From contig CAVDMV010000005.1 of assembly GCA_963610315.1 (NCBI GenBank), positions 22,659 to 86,658 on the forward strand: a stretch of 64,000 bases of DNA, read 5' to 3'. Position 1 is the stretch's first letter; every line of letters begins with the position of its first letter. The DNA comes from Acutalibacteraceae bacterium (GTDB lineage Bacteria > Bacillota_I > Bacilli_A > RFN20 > CAG-449). The position numbers were made by a program, and so were the translations under genes. This document shows positions 39,379-49,244 of this stretch, in pieces. Below the pieces are notes generated by a model. It saw only the letters and a program-made list of their open reading frames with translations, ran no database searches and was not told the origin of the DNA.

Positions 39379-39434
39379 ACAATAAAAAAGGTTATTTCAC
39401 AAGAAGTGAAAATAACCTATATTTTTGAAAAAAA

Positions 39435-40085
39435 TTAGTCTTCTAAACCTTTCATGATAGCGACTCCGCTAGAAGCACCAATTCTAGTTGCTCCTGCTTC
39501 AATCATCGCAAGGAATTCTTCTTTATTATGAACGCCGCCAGAAGCTTTTACGCCCATTACTTTACCGACTGCTTTTCTCATTAATTTAACATCTTTAACT
39601 GTCGCTCCTCCGGTAGAGAAACCAGTAGAAGTTTTAACAAAGTCTGCTTTTGCTTTTTTAGATAATTTGCAAGCTCTTACTTTTTCTTCATCAGTTAATA
39701 AACAAGTTTCAATAATGACTTTTAAAACATGACCTTTAGAAGCACGACGAATCGCTCTTATTTCGTTTAATACGTATTCATCATCATTTGCTTTTAATCT
39801 TGAAATGTTAATGACCATATCAACTTCATCTGCGCCGTCTTTAATTGCTTGTTTTGTTTCTTGAACTTTACTAAAAGTACTTGTAGCACCTAGAGGGAAA
39901 CCGATAACTGTACAAACTTTAACATCTGTTCCTTCTAATTCTTTTTTACATAGAGGAATGTAGCTAGGATTAATACATACAGAAGCGAAATTATAAATTT
40001 TAGCTTCTTGGCATAATTTTACGATACCTTCATCAGTTGCATCAGCTTTTAATAGAGTGTGATCAATATATTTTGAATATTCCAT
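39435..40085 (-). CDS. deoC: Deoxyribose-phosphate aldolase
   Basis: [11 protein letters not shown]....[11 protein letters not shown]...[11 protein letters not shown] and the Schiff-base lysine region DFVKTSTGF are typical of DeoC. Confidence 0.85.
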   Translation of the reverse strand: MEYSKYIDHTLLKADATDEGIVKLCQEAKIYNFASVCINPSYIPLCKKELEGTDVKVCTVIGFPLGATSTFSKVQETKQAIKDGADEVDMVINISRLKANDDEYVLNEIRAIRRASKGHVLKVIIETCLLTDEEKVRACKLSKKAKADFVKTSTGFSTGGATVKDVKLMRKAVGKVMGVKASGGVHNKEEFLAMIEAGATRIGASSGVAIMKGLED

Positions 40086-40193
40086 TTTAAAAAAATCTCC
40101 TTGTCTATTAGTCTATACTATTTAGCTAAAATAGTCAATTTATAGTTATTTTAGGCATAAAAAAAGACTCATTACGAGTCTAACATTCGTTAA

Positions 40194-40376
40194 TTAATCT
40201 TTTTTTGATTCGACAACTTGCTTACCATCGTAGTAACCACATGATGGGCAAACGCGGTGTGAAACGATTGTTGCACCACAATTAGCGCATTTAACTAAAC
40301 CAGTGATTTTTAAGTTAAAATTTGCTCTACGCATTCTTTTTGCTGTCTTTGATGTTCTTCTTGCTGGAACTGCCAT
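40194..40376 (-). CDS. rpmF: 50S ribosomal protein L32
   Basis: [20 protein letters not shown] plus a C..C....C..C zinc ribbon. A terminator hairpin GACTCGTAATGAGTC lies downstream at ~40160-40185. Confidence 0.85.
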   Translation of the reverse strand: MAVPARRTSKTAKRMRRANFNLKITGLVKCANCGATIVSHRVCPSCGYYDGKQVVESKKD

Positions 40377-40421
40377 ACTTACACACCTCCTAGGTCATCC
40401 CTAATAATTGACACGTCCTTT

Positions 40422-40450
40422 ATTCTACATAATAATAAGGGAGGTGTCAA
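40422..40450 (-). promoter_or_regulatory. Consensus sigma-A promoter for rpmF (TTGACA-17-TAGAAT on the minus strand)
   Basis: The reverse complement reads TTGACACCTCCCTTATTATTATGTAGAAT, ~45 nt upstream of the rpmF start. Confidence 0.55.
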
Positions 40451-40503
40451 CAATAATTTTTAATTTTATGAATTTTTAAGAAAAATAAGTCTTAATAAAT
40501 ATC

Positions 40504-41775
40504 TTATTTATTATAGATAATTGTTTTATATTGTCCTAAGAGGTTTTCTTCTGAAGCAATTGATACTTCGATATAGTTAGAAGAATGACCTTGGTATTTT
40601 TTTGTCTTAGGATTATATGTTTCAAATATGACGTCTAATTCTTGACCGATAAATTTATTTTCATATTCTTCTTTTAGTTCATTACCTAATTCGATTAGTT
40701 CATGAACTCTTTGTTTTTTAATTTTTGGATCTATTTGGTTATCCATCTTCGCGGCTAGTGTGCCTGGTCTAATTGAATAAGGGAAGACATGAAGATAATT
40801 AAAACCACATTCTTTAATGAAGTTTTTACATTCATTAAATTCTTCATCAGTTTCTCCTGGGAAACCGACGATTACGTCACAAGCTAACGCGATATTAGGA
40901 CAAGCCGATCTAATTCTTTTTATTGTATTTAAGAATTGTTCTTTATTATATTTACGGTGCATTCTTTTTAGTACCCCGTCACTACCTGATTGAAGAGGGA
41001 TATGTAAATGTTGAGCGATTCTTTCATTATTCTTAACTATCGAAATAAATTCATCATTAAGTTCAGATTCTTCCATCGAAGAAATTCTAATTCTTTTAAT
41101 ACGTGGCTCTTTTATTAAGATATCTTTTAATAAATCGTTAAAGAAATATTTTTCTTCTTTATGGTCTTCTCCATAAGAAGCTGTATCAATACCAGTTAGA
41201 ACAATTTCTAAGAATCCATTGTCCGCGAGGTGCTTAATTTCATCAAATATTTCTTCTCTTGGGCGAGATCTAGTATTTCCTCTAGTATAAGGAATAATAC
41301 AATAAGAACAGAAATTATTACATCCATCTTGAATTTTAACAAAAGCACGAGTGTTTTCTGAATAAGAAGTGATTTTTAAACATTCATATGCTTCTTTTCT
41401 ATTATCTTTAGTATAAGCGACAATTTGTTCGTTAGAAGAACAATTATCAATAATGTAATCTACTAATTTCTCACGGTTAGTTGTTCCAACTACGACATCG
41501 ACTCCATCAATTTTAGAGACAATTTCAGGATGAAGTTGTGAATAACATCCCATGACGGCAATTTTAGCTTCGGGATAAGAAGCGATAGCTTTTCTAATCA
41601 TTTGACGAGATTTTTGTTCACCTACTTGAGTAACCGCACAGGTGTTAATAACAAAAATATCACACTTATCATCAATTGATTCAGTGTAACCTTGTTTATT
41701 TAATAATTCTTTGATAGCTTCGGTTTCATAAGTATTAACCTTACAACCGAGGGAGAGAGTTTTATAATATTTCAT
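40504..41775 (-). CDS. mtaB: tRNA methylthiotransferase MtaB/YqeV-type (radical SAM MTTase)
   Basis: MTTase N-terminal cysteines LSLGCKVNTYE...NTCAVT. Radical-SAM motif CNNFCSYCIIP. No C-terminal TRAM extension. Confidence 0.75.
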   Translation of the reverse strand: MKYYKTLSLGCKVNTYETEAIKELLNKQGYTESIDDKCDIFVINTCAVTQVGEQKSRQMIRKAIASYPEAKIAVMGCYSQLHPEIVSKIDGVDVVVGTTNREKLVDYIIDNCSSNEQIVAYTKDNRKEAYECLKITSYSENTRAFVKIQDGCNNFCSYCIIPYTRGNTRSRPREEIFDEIKHLADNGFLEIVLTGIDTASYGEDHKEEKYFFNDLLKDILIKEPRIKRIRISSMEESELNDEFISIVKNNERIAQHLHIPLQSGSDGVLKRMHRKYNKEQFLNTIKRIRSACPNIALACDVIVGFPGETDEEFNECKNFIKECGFNYLHVFPYSIRPGTLAAKMDNQIDPKIKKQRVHELIELGNELKEEYENKFIGQELDVIFETYNPKTKKYQGHSSNYIEVSIASEENLLGQYKTIIYNK

Positions 41776-42595
41776 CTGGTGATTTTCCTTTGTCTACTTT
41801 ATAAAATTTTTTAAGTGATCTTAAATTGATCTTACGAGAACATTTCTTATATAATTTTCGCGAAATGAATTCGTTATCGAGTAATGAACGTAAAAATTTA
41901 TTACGATTATTGCTGTAAAAATTTTCAACGACGTTTTCTACTCTTTTTATGAGATTTTCTTTATTAGGATTTTTAATATATTTATCAAATAAGGGAATGG
42001 ATACATCAAGTCGACCTTGATTATTAATAATAAAAATTGTTTCTAGATCGGCATGAAAATAAGCGCATGTCGTTGCATCTTCTTTTATTTTGATTAAAGA
42101 AGTGAATGGACTTTGAAATAAAGCAAAGTTATAAACGTCAAAACAATCAATACAAGTTGATATTGGCTTTGTTTTTAATTCATTATAAGGATAAGAAGCA
42201 AGTTTTGAACATTCATCATTATAAATTAAATTTAAGCCAATCGAATAAAATGGGATATAGATTCTTACTTTATCAACCATAAAATAAGGTGCATTAACTT
42301 CATCTAAATCTTTCCAAATATGTTCTTTAATATATTGATCTTTTTCTTTTTGAGGTAGATCACTTGCTTCAATAAGGTATTTTTCTAAACCATCTTCAAA
42401 AATTTTTTTATTTTGCATACCACGAATTAAAACATTGGCTTCGATTAATTTAAATGGAGAAGTTTCACTTATTGAGATTTTATATTTAGAAAGAATTTTA
42501 CTAACTAATTTATTATTTTCCACAAAAAAATGATATTCCCCACTGCGAGAAGGGAAATTTCTTTTATTTTTGTTTAAATAATAAAATAATTTCAT
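41762..42595 (-). CDS. Hypothetical protein (277 aa) embedded between rsmE and mtaB; weak kinase-like H.DL....N motif
   Basis: No recognisable family by eye. Contains YFHADLETIFIINNQGRLD. Overlaps the mtaB start by 14 nt and sits 2 nt after rsmE, so it is operonic. Confidence 0.3.
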   Translation of the reverse strand: MKLFYYLNKNKRNFPSRSGEYHFFVENNKLVSKILSKYKISISETSPFKLIEANVLIRGMQNKKIFEDGLEKYLIEASDLPQKEKDQYIKEHIWKDLDEVNAPYFMVDKVRIYIPFYSIGLNLIYNDECSKLASYPYNELKTKPISTCIDCFDVYNFALFQSPFTSLIKIKEDATTCAYFHADLETIFIINNQGRLDVSIPLFDKYIKNPNKENLIKRVENVVENFYSNNRNKFLRSLLDNEFISRKLYKKCSRKINLRSLKKFYKVDKGKSPDEIL

Positions 42596-42597
42596 AA

Positions 42598-43314
42598 TTA
42601 ATCCTTTTCTAGTATTAAGGCTAAGGCGCTTAATGCGTAAAACACTGCCGTTTCACTGCGAAGTATTCTTTTTCCTAGCGATATAGAAGTATACTTATTT
42701 TTCTTTGCATATTCAACTTCTTCTAATGAAAATCCTCCTTCTGAACCGATGAGAATAGAGATAGTTTCATTTTCTTTGATTTTATTTATATGCTCTAAAA
42801 AAGAGATTTCTCCTTCATTTTCATAAGCGATAAATTGATGATCAAAATGATATTTATCAATGTCTTTATAGTTAATAACGTCTTTAATTACTGGAACGAT
42901 ATTTCTTTTTGATTGTTCACTTGCTTCAAGTGCGATTTTATTAAAGCGAAGAAGTTTCTTTTCTTTATTTTCTGAAGTGATTTTCGCGATACATCGAGAA
43001 GATTGAACTAAAATAATTTCACTTACTCCTAGTTCAGTAGCTTTTTGAATGACGAGGTCTAATTTTTCACCTTTAGGTAAACAATACATCAAGGTAATTT
43101 TATTTTTTAATTCATGATTTTCATCGAGTTCTTCTTTTATTTTGATTTCAAAAGGTGAAACGTTAGAGACATAACATAAATATACTTTTGAATTATATAC
43201 GCAGGTAATTTCATCATTTTCTTTCATACGCATGACGTTTTTAATGTGATGAAGTTGCTCTTTATCAAGATGAACAACATCATTTTTAATTTCAGAAACA
43301 AAATATCTTTGCAT
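42598..43314 (-). CDS. rsmE: 16S rRNA (uracil1498-N3)-methyltransferase RsmE
   Basis: MQRYFVSEIKND...HHIKNVMRMKENDEI at the N-terminus and ISILIGSEGGFSLEEV at the C-terminus give the RsmE pattern. Confidence 0.75.
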   Translation of the reverse strand: MQRYFVSEIKNDVVHLDKEQLHHIKNVMRMKENDEITCVYNSKVYLCYVSNVSPFEIKIKEELDENHELKNKITLMYCLPKGEKLDLVIQKATELGVSEIILVQSSRCIAKITSENKEKKLLRFNKIALEASEQSKRNIVPVIKDVINYKDIDKYHFDHQFIAYENEGEISFLEHINKIKENETISILIGSEGGFSLEEVEYAKKNKYTSISLGKRILRSETAVFYALSALALILEKD

Positions 43315-43315
43315 A

Positions 43316-44158
43316 TTAATCTTCCTTTCTTAAACTCTTTAATAATGCGATTTCTTCTTTATAACCATCTAATTCATTTGGTGTTTCTAAATAGAATGGT
43401 AAATCTTTAAGTAATGGATGATTGATGATATTGGTGATGGCTTCAATTGGTATTGTGCCTAACAAAAGACATTCATGACGGTCTTTATGAGAAGCAAAAG
43501 GATTTTTAGAATTATTTAAATGAATCGCTTTTAAATATTGAAGTCCAATAACTTCATCAAATTCTTTTAAAACGCCGTCTAAATTATTAACAATATCGTA
43601 GCCTGCATCATAGACGTGACAAGTATCGAGTGTTACACCGAGATGATCTTTTAATCTAACTCCATCAATTATTTTTCTAATTTCTTCAAAAGAAGAACCG
43701 ATTTCGCTACCTTTACCAGCCATTGTTTCTAATAAAATTAAGGTGTGTTGATTTTCACTTAGAACTTCGTTTAAAGTATCGATAATATATTTAATTCCAA
43801 CTTCAACTCCTTGAGAAACATGACTTCCAGGATGAAAATTATACATACTTGAAGGAATATTTTCTAAGATGTTTAAATCGTCTTTAAAAACTTCTTTAGC
43901 GAAACTTCTAACTTCTTCTTTTGAAGAACAACAATTTAAAGTATATGGAGCATGGGCTAAAAAAGGACCATAATTAAGCTCTTTGGCTAAAGAAAGAAAT
44001 TCTTCAAAGTCTTTTTGATCTATTTCTTTTTTTTGACAACCGCGAGGATTTCTTGTAAACCATTGAAAAACATTACCTCCGATAAAGGAAGTATCTAATA
44101 ACATTTGTTTATATCCTTTTGAAGAAGAAACATGACAACCAATTTTAAACATAAGCAC
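43316..44158 (-). CDS. nfo: Endonuclease IV
   Basis: [22 protein letters not shown] and [13 protein letters not shown] are AP-endonuclease family 2 signatures. Confidence 0.8.
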   Translation of the reverse strand: MLMFKIGCHVSSSKGYKQMLLDTSFIGGNVFQWFTRNPRGCQKKEIDQKDFEEFLSLAKELNYGPFLAHAPYTLNCCSSKEEVRSFAKEVFKDDLNILENIPSSMYNFHPGSHVSQGVEVGIKYIIDTLNEVLSENQHTLILLETMAGKGSEIGSSFEEIRKIIDGVRLKDHLGVTLDTCHVYDAGYDIVNNLDGVLKEFDEVIGLQYLKAIHLNNSKNPFASHKDRHECLLLGTIPIEAITNIINHPLLKDLPFYLETPNELDGYKEEIALLKSLRKED

Positions 44159-44250
44159 CTCACTATCTTATAAATAAGAAAACTTAATTAATTATATAAT
44201 AATTAAAGTGTTTTATGATACAATATTTTATATTATTTGAAGGTGATATT

Positions 44251-45276
44251 ATGTTTGAAACTATAAAAACTTATTCTTCTTCCTATAAAATTGTTTATGG
44301 AAGAAATATTTTATCTACTCTAGGATCTTATTATGATTTTAAAAATAAGAAAGTTTTAATCGTGAGTGATGATAATATTCCTCATAGTTATATTGATGAA
44401 GTTAAAAAAGTTTCTTCTTTAAGTTATGAACTTATTCTTCCTCATGGCGAAGAAACTAAATCCATTAATTATTTTCTTAAGATTACAGATGAATTAATTA
44501 AACTTAATTTTTCTAGAAAAGATGTTTTAATTGCTTTAGGCGGAGGAGTAATCGGTGATTTAGTAGGACTAGTTAGTTCTACTTATAAAAGAGGAATTGA
44601 TTTTATTAATGTTCCTACTTCAACTTTATCGATGATTGATTCTTCTATCGGAGGTAAAACGGCAATCGATTATCAAACAATAAAAAATATTATTGGTACT
44701 TTTTATCAACCTAAATTAGTTTTAATCGATTTTGATACATTAAAATCATTACCTGTTAGACAAATTAATAATGGTCTAATTGAAGCGTTAAAAGCAGGTT
44801 ATATCTATGATGAAAGTATCTTAGAACTATTTAACGAAAATGTTTATGACCATTTAGAAGAAATTATTATTAAGGCGATTAAAGTTAAAAAATATTTTGT
44901 CGAAAATGATGAATTAGAGACTTCAATTCGTAAGATTCTTAATTTTGGTCATACCTTTGGTCACGCTTTTGAAGCATTAGGTGGGTTTTCTTCATCTTTA
45001 TATCATGGTGAAGCAGTTGGCTTAGGTATGCTTTTACTTGTCGATGATAAAGAGAAGATGATGTCGTATTTAAAATTATTAGATGTTAAATATGATTTTG
45101 ATATTGATGAAACTAAGATTATTCCTTTGATCTTAAATGATAAAAAAGCTCATGGTGATGAAATTGATTTAATCTTAATTAAAGATCATAAAGGAATCAT
45201 TCGAAAAACAAAAATAGATGATTTAAATCCGTATTTAGAAGGAGGAATGAAATATGTCAGATTGTTTAGGAAATAA
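44251..45276 (+). CDS. aroB: 3-dehydroquinate synthase
   Basis: GGGVIGDLVGLVSSTYKRGIDFINVPTSTLSMIDSSIGGK and the metal-binding HTFGHAFE. The start is the ATG at 44251. Confidence 0.8.
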   Translation: MFETIKTYSSSYKIVYGRNILSTLGSYYDFKNKKVLIVSDDNIPHSYIDEVKKVSSLSYELILPHGEETKSINYFLKITDELIKLNFSRKDVLIALGGGVIGDLVGLVSSTYKRGIDFINVPTSTLSMIDSSIGGKTAIDYQTIKNIIGTFYQPKLVLIDFDTLKSLPVRQINNGLIEALKAGYIYDESILELFNENVYDHLEEIIIKAIKVKKYFVENDELETSIRKILNFGHTFGHAFEALGGFSSSLYHGEAVGLGMLLLVDDKEKMMSYLKLLDVKYDFDIDETKIIPLILNDKKAHGDEIDLILIKDHKGIIRKTKIDDLNPYLEGGMKYVRLFRK

Positions 45277-46318
45277 ATTAAAACTAATGATATTTGGTGA
45301 AAGTCATGGCGATTATATCGGTGCGACAATTTCTTCTTTACCTCCAGGAATTAAGATTGATGAAGAACTTATTGAACAAGAATTAGAAAAAAGAAAAGCT
45401 AATGATTCTTTATCAACCGCGCGTCAAGAAAGTGACGATTATAAAATTATTTCTGGTGTTTATAATGGTTTTACTACTGGAACTTCTTTAACTGTTATTA
45501 TTCCAAATACCAAACAACATTCAGGAGATTACGAAAAAGTCTTTAGACCAGGGCACGCCGATTATACTGGTTATGTTAAATATAAAGGTTTTAATGATCC
45601 TCGTGGAGGAGGTCATTTTTCAGGGAGATTAACCGCGCCGATAGTTGTTATTGGAGCGATTATTAAAACTTATCTACTTTCAAAAAATATCTATGTTGTT
45701 TCTCGTATTAAAAAGATTCATAACGTTGAAGATAATTCTTCTTATAATGATATTTATGAATTACTTTCTTTAGATGAAAAAATATTTCCAGTTTTAGATC
45801 AAAATAAAATTTCTTTAATGAAAGAAGAAATTTCTCTCGCTAAAGATGAACTTGATTCTGTCGGAGGAGTTATTGAAACTTATGTTATTAATGTGCCTAG
45901 AGGACTAGGAGAACCTTTCTTTGATTCAGTTGAATCTAGTTTATCTCATGCAATATTTTCAATTCCTGCGGTAAAAGGCGTCGAATTTGGTGAAGGATTT
46001 AATTTTGCTTCTTTAAGAGGAAGTGAGGCCAACGACCAAATGACTTTAATTAATGATGAAGTGCATTTTTTAACTAATCATAATGGAGGGATTAATGGAG
46101 GAATCACTAATGGAGAAATTATTGATTTTAAAACAGTCATTAAACCTACTCCATCAATTTATAAAGCTCAACAAAGTGTATCTTATTCACTAATGGAAAA
46201 TATCACCTTAGAAATTAAAGGCCGTCATGATCCTTGTATTGTGCGTCGTGCTTTACCAGTTATAAATGCTTTAACCTCATTTACAATCTTAGATTTATTA
46301 TTAGAAGCAGGTGAGTAA
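45254..46318 (+). CDS. aroC: Chorismate synthase
   Basis: LKLMIFGESHGDYIGATISSLPPGI and GRHDPCIVRRALPV are chorismate synthase signatures. Confidence 0.85.
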   Translation: MSDCLGNKLKLMIFGESHGDYIGATISSLPPGIKIDEELIEQELEKRKANDSLSTARQESDDYKIISGVYNGFTTGTSLTVIIPNTKQHSGDYEKVFRPGHADYTGYVKYKGFNDPRGGGHFSGRLTAPIVVIGAIIKTYLLSKNIYVVSRIKKIHNVEDNSSYNDIYELLSLDEKIFPVLDQNKISLMKEEISLAKDELDSVGGVIETYVINVPRGLGEPFFDSVESSLSHAIFSIPAVKGVEFGEGFNFASLRGSEANDQMTLINDEVHFLTNHNGGINGGITNGEIIDFKTVIKPTPSIYKAQQSVSYSLMENITLEIKGRHDPCIVRRALPVINALTSFTILDLLLEAGE

Positions 46319-46319
46319 T

Positions 46320-47576
46320 ATGAAATATGGATTAATTGGTAAAACGTTAAAACATTCGTTTTCAAAAGTAGTTCATTCTTATTTAGATTCAAAAGATTAT
46401 GAACTAGTTTCTTTAAATGAAGATGAACTTGAAGATTTTTTTAAAAGAAGGGACTTTTTAGGAATAAACGTCACTATTCCTTATAAAACTAGTGTTATAC
46501 AATATCTTGATTATGTTTCTCCTGAAGTAAAAGAAATTGGTGCATGCAATACCATTGTTAATAAAGACGGCAAATTATATGGTTATAATTCGGATTATCT
46601 TGGTTTAGAAGAATTGATCCATCATTATAATTATCAAATTGAAAATAAAGTATGCGCGATTTTAGGTACCGGCGGAACAAAAAATACTGCTTATTATCTC
46701 TTAGAAAAATTAAATGCAAAAAAGATTTATGTAGTTAGTAGATCACCTAAAGAAAACGAAATTAGTTATGAAAAACTAAATTCTATAAAGAACGATATTC
46801 AAATTATTATTAATACTACGCCGGTTGGAATGTATCCTCATAATGATGGACAAATTATTTCAATAAAAGGATATAATCATCTAGAAGGAATTATTGATGT
46901 AATCTATAATCCTTTAAATACTAATTTAGTTTTAGAAGGTAAAAGCTATAATATTAATTCACATGGTGGCTTATATATGTTAGTTGGTCAAGCTGTGAAA
47001 GCTAGTGAATTATTTTTAGATAAAAAATATAATAAAAATCTAATAGAAAAAATATATCAAGATGTTCTTAGAAAAAAAGAAAATATCGTCATTATCGGTA
47101 TGCCTATGAGCGGGAAAACTCGTATTGGAAATATTCTTTCTTCTTACATTAAAAAAGAATTTATCGATATGGATACTGAAATTGAAAAAAGAGAAAATAG
47201 ATCGATTAGTTCGATTTTTGAAACCGAAGGAGAAACTTATTTTAGAGAAGTAGAATCTAGTTTAACTAAAGAACTCGGAACTTCATTTAACAAAGTTATT
47301 TCTACCGGCGGAGGAACGATTTTAAAAGAAGAAAATATGCGATATTTAAAACAAAATGGTATTGTTATTTTATTAACAAGAGATTTTGATAAATTAATTT
47401 ATTCTTCATCTCGCCCTTTAACTAAAACACGCGAAGAATATTTATTTTTAGAAGGAAAAAGAAAACATTTATATAATAGATATAAAGATATTCATATTGA
47501 TAATTCCATCGATGATATCGATGCTTTAATCAATTTGATTAAGAGGAAATTATATGCAAAAAATTCTCATTATTAA
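46320..47576 (+). CDS. aroE/aroK: Bifunctional shikimate dehydrogenase / shikimate kinase (AroE-AroK fusion)
   Basis: The N-terminal ~255 aa are AroE-like (YGLIGKTLKHSFS, NVTIPYK, Rossmann GTGGTKNTAYYL). The C-terminal ~165 aa are shikimate kinase (P-loop IGMPMSGKTRIGNIL, FIDMDTEIE, FRE.E). The ATG is at 46320 after a GTG at 46311. Confidence 0.75.
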   Translation: MKYGLIGKTLKHSFSKVVHSYLDSKDYELVSLNEDELEDFFKRRDFLGINVTIPYKTSVIQYLDYVSPEVKEIGACNTIVNKDGKLYGYNSDYLGLEELIHHYNYQIENKVCAILGTGGTKNTAYYLLEKLNAKKIYVVSRSPKENEISYEKLNSIKNDIQIIINTTPVGMYPHNDGQIISIKGYNHLEGIIDVIYNPLNTNLVLEGKSYNINSHGGLYMLVGQAVKASELFLDKKYNKNLIEKIYQDVLRKKENIVIIGMPMSGKTRIGNILSSYIKKEFIDMDTEIEKRENRSISSIFETEGETYFREVESSLTKELGTSFNKVISTGGGTILKEENMRYLKQNGIVILLTRDFDKLIYSSSRPLTKTREEYLFLEGKRKHLYNRYKDIHIDNSIDDIDALINLIKRKLYAKNSHY

Positions 47577-47997
47577 TGGACCAAATATTAATTTTCTTGG
47601 CATTAGACAAAAAGAAATTTATGGTAATAGAACTTATGAAGATTTAGTTAATATGTGTAAAGAACACGCTTTAAAAGTAGGAGTAGATATTGAAATATTT
47701 CAATCTAATCATGAAGGAAGTATCATTGATAAAATTCAAGAAGCTTATTTTAATAAAGTAGATGGAATTATTATTAATGGAGGAGGTTATACTCATACTT
47801 CTATCGCGATTATGGATGCGCTTAAAGGAAGTGCTATTCCAACAATTGAAGTGCATTTATCTAATATTTATGAACGCGAAAGTTATCGCCATATTTCCTA
47901 TATTAAAGAAGCTTCAATTCATTCTATTTTAGGTAAAGGAATGGATGGCTATTTAGAAGCAATCGATTGTTTAAAGGAGTATTTAAGTAAGAAATGA
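47554..47997 (+). CDS. aroQ: Type II 3-dehydroquinate dehydratase
   Basis: MQKILIINGPNINFLGIRQKEIYG and HLSNIY.RE.YRH are type II DHQase signatures. Confidence 0.85.
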   Translation: MQKILIINGPNINFLGIRQKEIYGNRTYEDLVNMCKEHALKVGVDIEIFQSNHEGSIIDKIQEAYFNKVDGIIINGGGYTHTSIAIMDALKGSAIPTIEVHLSNIYERESYRHISYIKEASIHSILGKGMDGYLEAIDCLKEYLSKK

Positions 47998-49241
47998 TTA
48001 AATTATTAGGACATTCTTATAAAGGGACTTATGAAGTAATCGCTTCAAAAAGTGATGCCCATCGCGCGCTTATTTTAGCTTCTTTTTGTAAACATGAAGT
48101 TAAAATTTCTAATGTTTATTTTTCTAATGATGTAAAAGCAACAATTAACTCCTTAACCTCTTTAGGAGCGAAAATTGATCTTAATGAAACTGAACATATT
48201 GTTTATGTTAAAGAAGGAATTAAATTTAAAGAAGAAGCGACCTTAAATGTACTTGAATCAGGATCTACATTTCGTTTTTTAATTCCAATATGTTCTATTT
48301 TTTCTAAAAAAACAACATTTATAACACAAGGTCGCTTAAGTAAACGACCTATAGAAGTCTATCAAAAAATCTTTAATGAACAAAATATAAAATTTATTCA
48401 AGATGATAATAAATTTATTTTAGAAGGTAGTTTAAAAGCAGGAATTTATGAAGTAGATGGAAATATCTCAAGCCAATTTATTACTGGTTTATTACTTTCA
48501 TTAGTTACTTTAGATAAAACTTCAACTATTAAAATTAATAATAAAATATCTTCACTTGATTATATCTTAATGAGTATTAATACGATTAATAAATTTGGTG
48601 GTAAGATTATATTTAATATAGATGAAAAAATTATTTATATTAATCCATGCAATAATTTTAATTTAACTCATTATGAAGTTGAACCTGACTTTTCTCAAGC
48701 AGCTTTCTTTATGGGGTTAGGTATTTTAAATGGGGGAATAAAAATAAAAAATATTAAAAGAGAATCGTTTCAACCAGATAGACAAATGATTGATATTTTA
48801 CTTCGTTTAGGCGGTAATTTACATTTTGAAAATGATGATTTAGTAATTGAAAAATCACTTCTAAAAGGTGGAGTAGTTTCTTTAGATTCTTGTCCAGATT
48901 TAGGACCAATTCTTTTTGGCCTATCCTCTTTTAGCGAATCACCTATTACCTTTAAAGATATTGAAAGATTAAGACTAAAAGAATCTGACCGCGTTGAAGC
49001 AATGCTTTATAATTTAAATTTATTAGGTGTTAAATATGATTTAAAAAATAATGAAGTAACAATCTATCCTTCAAAAATTGTTTATAAAGGTGATGAATTA
49101 AAATCATTTAATGATCATCGTATCTTTATGGCTTTAAAAATTATTTTATTCAATATAGATTTTTATATTGATGACGACAAATGTTTAGATAAATCATATC
49201 CAACTTTCTTATTAGATTTAGCTAAACTAGAAAGAGATTAA
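47994..49241 (+). CDS. aroA: 3-phosphoshikimate 1-carboxyvinyltransferase (EPSP synthase)
   Basis: KSDAHRALILASF, LESGSTFRFL, DHRIFMAL; length 415 aa. Confidence 0.8.
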   Translation: MIKLLGHSYKGTYEVIASKSDAHRALILASFCKHEVKISNVYFSNDVKATINSLTSLGAKIDLNETEHIVYVKEGIKFKEEATLNVLESGSTFRFLIPICSIFSKKTTFITQGRLSKRPIEVYQKIFNEQNIKFIQDDNKFILEGSLKAGIYEVDGNISSQFITGLLLSLVTLDKTSTIKINNKISSLDYILMSINTINKFGGKIIFNIDEKIIYINPCNNFNLTHYEVEPDFSQAAFFMGLGILNGGIKIKNIKRESFQPDRQMIDILLRLGGNLHFENDDLVIEKSLLKGGVVSLDSCPDLGPILFGLSSFSESPITFKDIERLRLKESDRVEAMLYNLNLLGVKYDLKNNEVTIYPSKIVYKGDELKSFNDHRIFMALKIILFNIDFYIDDDKCLDKSYPTFLLDLAKLERD

Positions 49242-49244
49242 TTT

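Noticed and set aside
40408-40450. TTGACAC ... GTGTCAA inverted repeat as an L32 autoregulatory RNA structure
   Set aside because: The distal arm coincides with the -35 hexamer and would lie upstream of the transcription start. It is more simply explained as promoter sequence.
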